Shown: positions 1 through 11,605, counted from the first letter of the stretch. The stretch: DNA of 22,548 nucleotides from Octopus sinensis (GCF_006345805.1 NW_021823620.1:1-22548), one strand, 5' to 3'. Notes: generated by a model not told the origin, from the sequence alone. Program-made: numbers and translations.

Positions 1-9
1 CACACATAT

Positions 10-54
<45 letters not shown>

Positions 55-159
55 ACATATATTTCGACGTAACCTTCACAATTGTGTCCCAAAGATTTGC
101 TTCTTCATGCCCTTGAGGAAATGAAATATTTCTTAATGAAATTTTCAGCAAGCAAAACT

Positions 160-732
160 AGGTGCAGTGCCCAATGTATTCACTGGACCTGGGGGGATTG
201 AGGTCCCGGAGGCACGGTCGGTGCGAGACCTGGGTGTTTGCATGAGTGATGATGCAACCGTTCATGTGCATGTTGCTGAATTGGCAATGAAATGTGGGCT
301 GACCGGATGGATTCTTGGAACCTTTGGAAAAGAGACCAGGAAACCATGATAGTCCTCTGGGGGACACTTGTCCTAAGCCACTTGCTCTCAACTATGGTCA
401 CCATCCAGTGTCAGGTTAATCACAGAGCTTGAGGCGATCCAACGAAGCTACACGAAGAAGATAGCCTCTGTGCAGCATATAAGCTACTGGGAAAGACTCA
501 AGAGATTGAGACTCTACTCCTTAGAGCGTAGGCGAGAAAGATATGCCATAATATACATCTGGAAGATCCTAGAAGGACTTGTCCCAAACTTTTGCATCGA
601 GAGTTACACAAATGCTAGAACTGGGCGCCACTGCATAGTGCCAAGGACTCCAAATTTGCCATCAAGATGTAGGACAAGATACTGTGATAGCCTGGGCTTC
701 AGGGGCCCACAGCTCGTGAGCTGAAACTAGAT

Positions 733-763
<31 letters not shown>
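160..763 (+). mobile_element. Degenerate CR1/L2-clade LINE 3' fragment (ORF2 C-terminus, 3' stem-loop and (TAAA)n tail)
   Basis: Frameshifted translation gives SVRDLGVCMSDD...GWILGTF...CSQLWSP...ELEAIQRSYTKKI...SYWERLKRLRLYSLERRRERYAIIYIWKIL...[13 protein letters not shown], the typical post-RT region of CR1/L2 ORF2. Ends in hairpin cagctc-gt-gagctg (710-723), then aaac and an A-rich (TAAA)n tail (731-763). Confidence 0.9.
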
Positions 764-916
764 TATGCTTCAGATTGTGTAGATTCCAATTAAATTGGAA
801 TTCATTGTGAAAACCGTTTGCCCTTAAAGTTGTTATAGAAAATACACACCATTAGGCTTTGTTGTATATATATACATATACATACAAACATACACACACA
901 GACACACATATATATA

Positions 917-1009
917 TATATCATTAATTAAAATCTTAGGGTAGCAAGGGTTTTAACAAAATATTTCAATTAATATTCTTGCTACCCTGGGATTTTAATT
1001 AATGATATA
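917..1009. repeat. 32-bp inverted repeat (hairpin) with 29-nt spacer
   Basis: 917-948 tatatcattaattaaaatcttagggtagcaag versus reverse complement of 978-1009 tatatcattaattaaaatcccagggtagcaag (30/32 identical). Confidence 0.9.
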
Positions 1010-1164
1010 AAATATTTTTGGGCTAATTCTGGAAGAAAATCGGCAATTTATTCATTTAGTGCTGGTTGAATTTCCGCATCTGCGCGGTAGATTCGAAAAA
1101 TTAGAACCTATAGACACGTTGCGGGCTATTTATCGCTACGTGTCTATGTGTTCGTTCCTGGTAA

Positions 1165-1251
1165 CCTACTGAAGAAGAAGCGCCAGATATAGGCTGAGGT
1201 TACTTTATTTCAGTCTGTATTTAAGTCTGCAGAAACCTTGTAGTGTCTAGG
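1165..1251 (+). ncRNA. Type I hammerhead ribozyme-like motif with long stem II
   Basis: Stem I ccta(1165-68)/tagg(1248-51); core CTGAAGA 1169-75; long helix agatataggctgagg(1185-99)/tttcagtctgtattt(1208-22) with G-U pairs; GAAAC 1232-36; GTC cleavage triplet 1245-47. The base of stem II is unpaired. Confidence 0.55.
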
Positions 1252-2310
1252 ATTAAGGTAAATGTTTTAATTTCAATCACTTCCGGAATTACAATAATTG
1301 GTGGCTTAGAGTTGTAACTGCTCTTTCTAGCGAGTCAGATATCCTATTCTTCGGGTATCTCTTTTGTGTTTGAACGTACACCGTATTCTTCTCGAAATAT
1401 ATATATAATATATATATATATTATATATATATATATAGATGGGTGTGTTGTGGTGTGTGTGTATGAAGTGGGTGTGTACGTATTGTTTTAACTATATCTT
1501 TATACATGCACTCGCACACATAAAATAAAACTGACACACCGTCGGTTACGACTATCATAAGTAGCCAAAAGTTCTTCACCACTCTTCCAACTTTTTTCTC
1601 TTAAAAAGAAAGCTTTCTTCTATTTGGACAATATGCCGTACCACTGAACGGCTGTCTGTCTGCTAATATTGCTGATGGACATGCATCATGTCACTGGTAG
1701 TTCACATATAAATTCGAGGATTATGTGAAAAAGTGCGAAAACCCTCAATTGAATTTTTTTCCATAAAAGTATTAAAAAAATATTCGGAAATTATAAAGAG
1801 AAAGAATCGTAGATTCGAGCTGTCCATATTTTAAAACCATGAATTAGAAAAAAAAGTGGTGGGAAAGAATTTAATTTTAAAATGTTTTTACTTTTTTTCT
1901 GCATACTCGTATTAATTCCATTATGCAAAAGTCAGAATCGGAAAAATTTCTAAAACGCTTATTTAAATGTTGATTCTTTGGGAGGAATCATATGCGATTG
2001 TTTAAAAAAGGCTAGAACGACAATGCTAAAACGTATTTGAAACAATGGAGAACAGTCGAAATATCATAAGGGATGGGTAAATCAGCATCCTTAAAGTGAA
2101 ACAAGGCATCGGTAGGTAAACAAAGGTATCAACAAATAGTTGAGAGGGCTCGGAACATCACCATTCAAGTAATTCAGGGTAGGTAAAGGTAAGCTTTCCA
2201 AAGTTTAATGCAATTTAAATATGGAGATTAAGATTGTTTGGTATTGGATAGTCATCGCGTATTATTAATCAATTTTATAAACGTCGCAAGTGGACAGCCG
2301 CAATAAATAA

Positions 2311-2765
2311 ATAGACAAAACCCTTTCAATTTTATACAAGGGTTAAAAAGTTATGGAAAACCCTAAATACAAAAATCTATGTCCACTTACGCAGGAGCTC
2401 TGGGCAAAATGATATAGTGCATGACATCCTTGGGACAAGCTGTGTAGTTTGGTGAAAATCGGTTGAGAATTGTGGAAATGTATGAATTCAGAATTCGTAG
2501 TCAATTTGATTACCGTCGCTGGTGTATAGTGGAAATAAATAAATCACCAAAATCCTTTCACAAGTATAGAAGAGGCTACGTACAGAAAGCTATGTCCATT
2601 TACGTCCATTATGCAGGAGGCTCTCGGCAAAATGTTATAGTGCATGACCATCCTCCGGACATAAGTAATGTGTGTGTAAACTTTGGTGAACATCAGTGGA
2701 GAATTGTGAAAATGTATGCGTTAGTCATTATACACACACGTACCGTGATTTATATATATGGTGAT
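2311..2765 (-). mobile_element. Degraded non-autonomous Helitron-like element with internal tandem duplication
   Basis: The right end tttatatatatg and tttggtgaaaatcggttgag mirror the 5' architecture of the element at 10020. Internal direct repeat ~2378-2488 / ~2590-2718 (ctatgtcca...gcaaaatg.tatagtgcatgac...gagaattgtg.aaatgtatg). Left end has hairpin aaccctt/aagggtt (2319-2344) next to a CTAT terminus on the minus strand. Confidence 0.5.
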
Positions 2766-2768
2766 TTA

Positions 2769-2950
2769 TGCCGAACTGCTAAGATGCGTTTGCAGGTAAA
2801 GACACGCACACATAGGAATATGTTTACACATAGGTGTATACGTTTATACATGACGGGCTTTCACGTAAGTCTTCTACCAAAGTCAAGTATAAGGCATTGA
2901 TGAGAAAAACTATACTACAAGTTTCTTACCAAACAGCCACGCTAACGCTT
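2769..2950 (-). mobile_element. Degraded, internally deleted tRNA-derived SINE
   Basis: Minus-strand A-box-like TGGCTGTTTGG near 2928-2939; tgccgaactgctaag (2769-83) matches tgccgaaaagctaa in the SINE at 22154; overall layout matches an octopus SINE family I recall. Confidence 0.5.
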
Positions 2951-3379
2951 ATGTCTACAAAAAACTTCGTTTCTTTTGTAGGATATTTCACACCAATCTT
3001 TAACAATATTAAACCCAAACTGAGGTCACGTGTTCTATCTTGCTCATCCGCACTTGTCACTAGAGTTATATTCTTAAATACAAGACACGAAGAGAATCAT
3101 TAAATCGGTTTTTATTCCCAGACATATTTGACTTGACTTATGTGTTATTTAGTTTGATCTATATGTTTGTTCTGAATTTTATCCTCTTGAAAACAGTCAC
3201 ATAAAGGTTTTTGCCAAATTAATATTAAGTATTTGCTAGGAACCCCACAATGGGTGTATGCATCTCTCTTTACACACACACGCACACACAAATATATATA
3301 CGCCCATACATATACATACATATTCATTTATGTATATGTTTGTATACAATGTGTGATTGTGTGAGCATATATTTATGTG

Positions 3380-3655
3380 TGTATGTTTGTATATAATATA
3401 TATATATATATATATTATATTAATGCAATCATATATATTAATGTGTGTATGAGTACGTGTGTGTGTCTGTATGTGGATATGCATGTGCGTGTGCCTATAT
3501 TATGTATATTTTCATATATATTGAAATGGATAAATATATAAATACATATATATATATATCTATATATATATATATATATATATAGATATATACACAAACA
3601 CACAAATATACATATATAAATAAAATATGTATATATATATATATATTGTGTGTAC

Positions 3656-3720
<65 letters not shown>

Positions 3721-3722
3721 CG
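3380..3722. repeat. (TA)n/(TG)n/(CA)n compound microsatellite
   Basis: Directly visible. Confidence 0.9.
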
Positions 3723-4551
3723 AACACGCTTTCTTAGTGTGTGGCGCATGCGTGTATACTTGTGTTTCTATGTAATATATAACGTATGTCTCTATCTATG
3801 TTTATGTATATTGTTTTTCTGACTTAAGTGCTAGAGCAGGCTTTTGTCAGCCAGCCTCTCAGACTCCCACTCGTCCTCTCTCTCCCTCCCTTTCTCTCTC
3901 TCTCTCCACCACCTCTCTCTCTTTCTCCCCTTCTCAGCTTCTCACACAAACCCTCCCTCAATCGCTTTCTCTCTATCTTTCTCTCCTCCCCATTAAAGAG
4001 TATTCACGCGTGTCACTTTCGGTTTTGTATGTCTGTTTGGCTGTTCACTTCAGAAAAGTCTCTCCTTCTAACATATACTATATTAATATTTATGTATTCA
4101 ATGATAGGCCCTTCCTCCCCAACGCCACTAAGGCAAACGCAATCACACATACACACATAGACACATACACAAATATATATATACACATACAAACACACTC
4201 ACACACACACCTACACGCAGAAATTAATGTTTGTTCTTGTTGTAACTGTTTTGCGATTTTGTGAGTTTATCTTTTAAACGTATCATTTGAAAAAGTAGAA
4301 TTTTGCATAATTTCATAATTTGCCTATAGATTTATAATTGTTTCTGGCTATTAAAATCGTATAAAAAGTGGGGAAACATTAGTAGCTTTTTTGGGGTGGT
4401 TTCAAAAAGAAAAATCAATTTTTATATTTTTGTTATTAATTTTCAAATGAATAATTAAATAATAATAACACTGTCAATGAAAATGATGATGATTGTGGTG
4501 ATGATGGTGATAAAAAATGTTATTAATAATAACACTAGCATTATTGCATGC

Positions 4552-4586
<35 letters not shown>

Positions 4587-4587
4587 T

Positions 4588-4620
<33 letters not shown>

Positions 4621-4816
4621 GCATGTATATATGTTTATTTATATACATATTATATTATTTTAATATACATATACATTTATGTATGAAACATTCTATAAAT
4701 ATATATATATATGAATGTATATATATATAAATGTATATATATATACATACACGCACACACATATATTCATTAGTATATGGATGTATACAGACGCATATGA
4801 TAATATCAACAACATC

Positions 4817-4860
4817 GATGATGATGATGATGATAGTAATAAAAACAACAACATCAACAC

Positions 4861-4916
<56 letters not shown>

Positions 4917-4960
4917 TAATAATAATAATAATAATAATAAGGATAATAATAATAATGATA
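4817..4960. repeat. (GAT)n and (TAA)n microsatellites
   Basis: Long (TAA)n run from 4861. Confidence 0.95.
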
Positions 4961-5182
4961 AATTAATGTTAAAATATTAATATACGTGGTAGTGTTATTA
5001 ATAGAAATGTGTTCGCATATGTGTGTGTTCTGTATATGCATATCTACGCTTACGAGTTATATTGATATAATATATGAATAATATACACTCCAATATACAT
5101 ATACAAGCCCGCAAATCCGCGCATATGCTCAAAAGCAAACACACACTAACGCACAAAAACATAGATATGCATGCATGTTTGT

Positions 5183-5382
5183 AGATATATATATATATAT
5201 ATATATATACATACATCCATATACATATGTATATATGTGTATGTATGTATATATGTGTGTATGTATGTATATATGTATGTATGTATGCATGTATGTATGT
5301 ATGTATGTGTGTGTGTATGTATGTATGTATGTATGTATGTATGTATGTATGTATGTATGTATGTATATATGTATGTATGTGT
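5183..5382. repeat. (TA)n/(TATG)n microsatellite
   Basis: Directly visible. Confidence 0.95.
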
Positions 5383-5613
5383 GGCAAAGCGTGTGAATGT
5401 GGGGAGTAAATGCCTGACCGAATGAGGCGGTGACTGTTGAATGTGTGTATATATTTGTGTATATTAGGTTGGATGTATGTATCTGTGCATTCTGTGTATA
5501 CATCCCTCTCTATATGTATGCATATAGTTAACTTCAAATACCAATAATAATACTAAAAATATTTAAGTATCAATCTGGTGAGAGCGAGTACAAGATCCAT
5601 ACACCTAATACAA

Positions 5614-5615
<2 letters not shown>

Positions 5616-5648
<33 letters not shown>

Positions 5649-6188
5649 AGCGTCTTGTGTGTGTGTGTCTATCCGGGGTGAAAGTGAGAGAAAAATACAT
5701 CTATCTATCTATCTATCTAATCTATCTATCTATCTATCTATCATTTTATCTATCTATCTATCTATAGATGTCTGTGTAATATGTATTATATATAATATAT
5801 ATATATATATAATATATACATATATATAAATATACATATATATATAAATATATATATATACATATATATCATATATATATACATATATATAAATATATAT
5901 ATATACATATATATTATATATACATATATATATATAAATATATATATATAAATATAGATATATATATATATATATACATATATAATATATAGACATGCAT
6001 ACATGTATTCACATTTTTACACATAAGAGATACATACAGTTTTATTTATATACACTCATTCACACATAAACACACACATGCACACGCACGTAAACAAGCA
6101 TACACACATGAAAGGAGAGCATGATAGGTAGATAGATAGGTAGGTAGATAGATTGATAGATAGCTAGATAGATAGATAGATAGATAGA
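5616..6188. repeat. Compound microsatellite block (TG)n, (TCTA)n, (TA)n, (CA)n, (GATA)n
   Basis: Directly visible. Confidence 0.9.
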
Positions 6189-6561
6189 CAAACAGACCGA
6201 CAGGTACACAGGCAGAGACACGAATTTTGAGTTAGACATGAAAGAGATAGACTAAAAGGCAATAATGTATTAAATGAAAAATATATATGAGAATATCAAA
6301 AACGTAAGATTTGTAGAAAAACACTTAACTGGATGTAAAAGCATTTATATTACAGACACAGAAACACACATATATGTATGTAGGTATGCATATACCCATT
6401 CACACACACTCCTATTCGTAAGTATGGAAGCATATACACATGTAGCTCAATATATATTTACATACCCTTTACATATATATGTGTGTGTGTGCGTGCGTAT
6501 GTATGCGTATCTGTTTGTCTGTTTTATTGTAGGCATATGTATATATATATATTCATATATA

Positions 6562-6593
<32 letters not shown>

Positions 6594-6742
6594 GATATAT
6601 ATATATATATGTATGTAATGTATGTTATAATCTTTATATATATATGTATATCAACATACATATATAAATATATATTATATATGTATCTATATATATCATG
6701 TTTATATATGCATCTTTTCTATATATATGTATATATATATTA

Positions 6743-6776
<34 letters not shown>

Positions 6777-6780
<4 letters not shown>

Positions 6781-7376
6781 TGCGTACATACACACATACA
6801 TATATATATTATATATGTATGCAGAGATATTTGTATATATATATGTATATACACATATATATGTATGTAAATTTGTACATCAAATGTATGTCAATATATA
6901 ATGTATATATATATATACAATTAAACGTATATAAATGAATGCACGTTTAAATATGTATATGCATATATGTGTGTATGAGGGTGGCTATTTTTGCAAGCAT
7001 CGTATGTGTATAATTATTAAGAATAAATAATTGAAGAAATTAATGAATACACAATCCATAGAATGGCAATCTGTTAGAAATGAGGCATATGAGTTTATAA
7101 AGTAAGTTTTCTATATTATAATTGTATGTGTGTATGTGTGCGTGCGTCATACTGGAAGAAGGTGTATGGTTGAGCGTATGACCATTTGTTTGTGGATAAT
7201 TGTGTCTCTGTATCGTGTATATATGTTACTGTATGTAGGTTGTACTGACTTAAGTGTTACATTTCTAATTTATTCATATTTAAAACCAAATAACTTTCAT
7301 TCTTCTTAATAACAACCACGTTGATAAATATTTCTGTGTGTATGTATATGTATATACATGATAATATAATAAAAAG

Positions 7377-7420
<44 letters not shown>

Positions 7421-8035
7421 TATATATGCATGCGTACATACACACATCATATATATATATATATGTATGCAGAGATTTTGTATATATATATATGTATATA
7501 CACATATATATGTATGTAAATTTGTACATCAATGTATGTCAATATATAAGGTATATATATATATACAATTAAACGTATATAAATGATGCACGTTTAAATA
7601 TGGATATGCATATATTGTGTATGAGGGTGGCTATTTTTGCAAGCATCGTATGTGTATAATTATTAAGAATAAATAATTGAAGAAATTAATGAATACACAC
7701 AATCCATAGAATGGCAATCTGTTAGAAATGAGGCATATGAGTTTATTAAAGTAATTTTCTATATTATAATTGTATGTGTGTATGGTGCGTGCGTCATACT
7801 GGAAGAAGGTGTATGGTTGAGCGTATAACCATTTGTTTGTGGATAATTGTGTCTCTGTAATCGTGTATATATGTACTGTATGTAGGTTGTACTGACTTAA
7901 GTGTTACATTTCTAATTTATTCATATTTAAAACCAAATAACTTTCATTCTTCTTAATAACAACCACGTTGATAAATATTTCTGTGTGTATGTATATGTAT
8001 AGACATATATATATATAAAAGTATTTATTTATATA
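6777..8035 (+). repeat. Near-identical tandem duplication, ~650-bp period (6777-7390 and 7427-8035)
   Basis: Both copies run from tgcatgcgtacatacacac through gagggtggctatttttgcaagc and ggaagaaggtgtatggttgagcg to aacaaccacgttgataaatatttctg...aaaagtatttattt. They are separated by (TA)n. Confidence 0.95.
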
Positions 8036-8083
8036 TTATATATATGATATATATATATTATATATGTATATATCTATATATAT

Positions 8084-8114
<31 letters not shown>

Positions 8115-8211
8115 GTCTGTATACACATTGCATATATATGTGTAATGTGTATACATATATACACATTACACACCAACACACACGCACATATATAATACAT
8201 ATTTATATATA

Positions 8212-8228
8212 CTATTATTATTATTATT

Positions 8229-8267
<39 letters not shown>

Positions 8268-8309
8268 ATAGTTGTAGTAGTAGTAGTAGCATTAGTAGTA
8301 GTGGTGGTG

Positions 8310-8351
<42 letters not shown>

Positions 8352-8352
8352 T
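8212..8352. repeat. (TAT)n/(TAG)n/(TGG)n microsatellite
   Basis: Directly visible. Confidence 0.95.
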
Positions 8353-8532
8353 TGTCAATATTACTATTATTATTTCAAAACATATTGATCCTGTCCTATG
8401 CAATGTAAAGTTTCCCAAGTTCCTCCAACGAGCAGGCCGATTTCAACTGCTTTAAATAATATTGTATATAACTCGAACCAAGGCTTCGTTCATCGTTTGT
8501 TCAAACACTCTCAAATATATGCATTTATAAAG

Positions 8533-8603
8533 AGATGGCCCGATAACAAAAGAGATGGTGTTGTGGATTTCCACCTCGGCATCCGAAACTCAGAGTTTTA
8601 TCT
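8533..8603 (+). ncRNA. Degraded hammerhead-like motif
   Basis: agatgg/ttatct stem I, CCGATAA (2 changes from CTGATGA), gatg/catc stem II, GAAAC-tcaga-GTT. Likely inactive. Confidence 0.3.
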
Positions 8604-8713
8604 TGGCTACCGAATAATTGTCACATATTATTTTACAGATAAATTTCCTCTATTTACATAATATTAAGTTCTCTTTCTTTCTTTTGTTATCTTACTGTTT
8701 TTAGCAATATATA

Positions 8714-9046
8714 TATACATACATACATACATACATACATACATACATACATACATACATACATACATACATACATACATACATACATACATGTTATTGA
8801 CTCCACCAGATAGAAGAGAAAATGCTTTTACTTCAAGTTTTTATAAATTTTTTCCTGATATTTGATAAGATTAGCTACACCGAAACGGGTAATATTTTCT
8901 CTATTATAATTTTAAAATCACTTTTATTAAATTCCCGCTTAAAATGAAATATCTGAGACTTTCTTCTGTGCTATTTCCACCTTCATCTTGTATATACATA
9001 CATATATACATACATACATACATATATACATACATACATACATACA

Positions 9047-9080
<34 letters not shown>

Positions 9081-9122
9081 CATACATTCATACATACATA
9101 CATTACATACATACATATATAT
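8714..9122. repeat. Two (TACA)n microsatellites (8714-8790 and 8991-9122) flanking a 200-bp insert
   Basis: Directly visible. Confidence 0.9.
8857..8896 (+). ncRNA. Degraded minimal hammerhead-like motif
   Basis: gatat-TTGATAA-G(attagctacac)C-GAAAC-gg-GTA-atatt: two transitions from the CTGATGA core, G-C closing pair, minimal stem III, stem I gatat/atatt. Confidence 0.35.
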
Positions 9123-9819
9123 ATGATTGTGCTAGTGTATGTATGTATGTACATATATGTGTGCATTCATGGACATATATATATGTACGTAATTCTAGGC
9201 ATATTCATTGATATATATACACGCTTCAATACACATACACACAAATATATTTCCATATACATTATATGCATACAAACACACTAATGTATTAGACACAAAC
9301 AATTCTTTCTTTACAGGCAATTTTATTGCACTCTTATTGCCGAAACTTTGTGTCCTCCTTCCTATTTGCAAAAAGACACCTCAACGGCTGTCATTCGTAA
9401 TGCTATAATCTGATATTAAAACATTAGGAATATTGATTATCGTTATGATGACAGTAATGATGATGATGATGATGATGACGACGACGATGACGATGATGAT
9501 ATTCAAATTACGTATTCCATGGTTGTATAAACGACCGTGACCATTTCATAATTTGAGGCAATTTTGAGAAAACTTTAGTACATTCACAATAAACCACAGT
9601 TATCAATATTATTATCATCAACGTATCTTGTCGTCGGAGGAGTCATGGCCCACTCCTCTACTCTCCTCTTCCTCCATTATAACCAATTAACACTTAAACC
9701 AGTACAACACCTCTCCCCATTGTTATCATGATAATGATCATCATCATCATTATCGTCATCGTCGTCGTCATCATCATCATCATCTTAATCTATATTCGTC
9801 ATCATCTTAATCCACATTC

Positions 9820-10019
9820 TTCTATGTGTGTCGGCTGAAATCTATAATTTTTTCCCATTCTCTCTCTCTCTCTGTTATTTTCTCTTCTCCTTTCTCCTGA
9901 AGATCTTATACTCCAAACGTAAAACACTTTTTCATTTCTCTCGAGGGTCAAGCTAATACACTTGCTTGTTCTTCATACACATGTCTTCGTCTTTTGTCTT
10001 TCTGTAAATTTCAACTATA
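9820..10019 (+). mobile_element. Probable PLE pLTR fragment with decayed minimal hammerhead (9893-9925)
   Basis: CTGAAGA(9897-9903)-tcttatactc-CAAAC-GTA. The downstream ctaatacac...tgtcttcgtcttttg...ctgtaaatttcaactatat resembles an octopus repeat end I recall. Confidence 0.4.
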
Positions 10020-11193
10020 TCTTTATATATATATAAAACTGAGAATGTGTGTCTGTCTGTGTGTTTCCCTAAAACTTGAGAACTACACAGCCAATTTCAT
10101 TCAAATTTTACACATGCCTTACTTAGGGTCCGGGGAGTGTTATCGGCAAAAAGATTTGAAACTTTTGCCTAGGCGACGAGCCCCCAGCAAGCAATCATAT
10201 CTTCTCCTCTACGATTCCTAAAACTTGAGAACTACACAACCAATTCCATTCAAATTTTACACATGCCTTACTTAGGGTCCATGTAGTTTCATGGGCAAAA
10301 AATGTTCAACTTCTTGCCTAGAGCGAGCCCATAGCAATATCATATCTTCTCCACTATTTCAGTATTACGTGTTAAAAGTGAAACAAATGCGTTTCTCTAT
10401 TTTATGTCAGATTCTTTCACTTTAACAATAAAAATGATAATAATAATTGAATTGTATGTAGTAAGTAATAATTAAAATCAAACTAAAGTAACATAACAAT
10501 AGTAAAAATAGCAATTGGTATAAAATTGCATCAATGATTTGAACTTCAATAAGTGGTTTCACATGAATTGGAATAAATTAAAAATAAAATTAGCGTGCAG
10601 AAATGGAATAGTCCAGATGGATAGTAAAAAATTAAATTAAAGAAAAGACTATTGTCTATAAAGTATACAATGTAGAGAAAAAAATAAGATTTGAACACAT
10701 GGAGGAAAGCACCTTCGAAAAGTGTCTTGGTGCGACAATGAAAGGTATCTAATCAGAGGCGGTAAATTCGCCACAATAGAAGCAAGGTTCGAGTCAACGG
10801 AGCGTGCAAGGGAGTACTCGACTTGAACTTGAAAAGTGTAAATATTTTATTTTTACCTTTATATCTGGGAAGTAGGACGTCCCGAAAAAAATTTTTAATG
10901 CCCCCACCCCTCCCACCAGAAGTAGAGGTAGGCTGGATTGTAGCCACACTTCTATACAAGAGGGAGAACAAGATACAATTGATCGAAATTACAAGAGACA
11001 GGCTTACAATTCCAGTCTGTTATATATTTTGAGTATTGTTATCACTAGCGATAACAAGATATAACTTTGTATTTTGTATTTTATGTGTAGATGTATATAT
11101 ATAGAAGTTCATGTAATATGTACACATATATATACATATAATATATACATGCACTAGCACTATGACCCGGCAACGACGGGTCTTTAATGCTAG
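10020..11193 (+). mobile_element. Non-autonomous Helitron (rolling-circle transposon), apparently full length (~1.17 kb)
   Basis: Host A(10019)|TC 5' end followed by tttatatatatataaaa and (GTCT)-like repeats; subterminal hairpin gacccg-gcaacga-cgggtc (11164-82); CTAG 3' end (11190-93)|host T; no TSD. Confidence 0.75.
10068..10352 (+). repeat. ~140-bp direct repeat inside the Helitron (10068-10207 and 10217-10352)
   Basis: Both copies read cctaaaacttgagaactacaca...ttcaaattttacacatgccttacttagggtcc...tcatatcttctcc. Confidence 0.92.
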
Positions 11194-11252
11194 TATATGT
11201 ATATATATGTGTATAATTATATATATATATATATAATATATATACTATATAG

Positions 11253-11298
<46 letters not shown>

Positions 11299-11299
11299 A

Positions 11300-11605
11300 T
11301 GGAAATATTGATATTTCTAAATCTCTCTGAGGTAGGTACTAAGCCGCGGTACTGGATATTAATAGTTATCGCCAAGCTAACATGGCAATCCAGGAAAATA
11401 GGACGAATGATACAGTTGATTATCTCCAAGAGGCCATTGCCTCTAGCTAGTTATGTTACACACAAACATGTGTCCATTATAACCTTCGAACAGTGGAGGT
11501 CAGCTGCTTCCTCTTGCTGATTTTGATATTCACAGAATTTTTTCGTGGTATTTACCCCTATCAATATGGAGTAGTTGGACTCCACATAGCTAGATTTAGA
11601 CTGGA
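11300..11605. mobile_element. Unclassified interspersed repeat fragment (possibly PLE-derived)
   Basis: Complex-sequence island between microsatellites that resembles an octopus repeat from memory only. Confidence 0.3.

Larger units (their letters stand above)
917..1400 (+). mobile_element. Probable Penelope-like/retrozyme terminal (pLTR) fragment
   Basis: Unique, hairpin-rich block between (TA)n tracts, with a terminal inversion and a hammerhead-like motif. The PLE assignment is inferred from this architecture. Confidence 0.5.

Noticed and set aside
108-150. TTGAGGA...GAAAT hammerhead-like string
   Set aside because: No credible stems I or II in AT-rich sequence.
1693-2040. Possible MITE/DNA transposon starting near hairpin ttcacata/tatgtgaa
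   Set aside because: No matching second TIR or TSD could be found.
2463-2900. 145-aa ORF
   Set aside because: It spans a repeat duplication and a SINE junction, with no recognisable domain.
5616-6188. (TG)/(CA) and (TCTA)/(GATA) tracts as a nested inverted structure
   Set aside because: The order is not nested, and such tracts are ubiquitous here.
11323-11368. Possible hammerhead (CTGAGGT-aggtac...gtact-GGATA)
   Set aside because: Both core boxes are mutated and stems I and III are not convincing.
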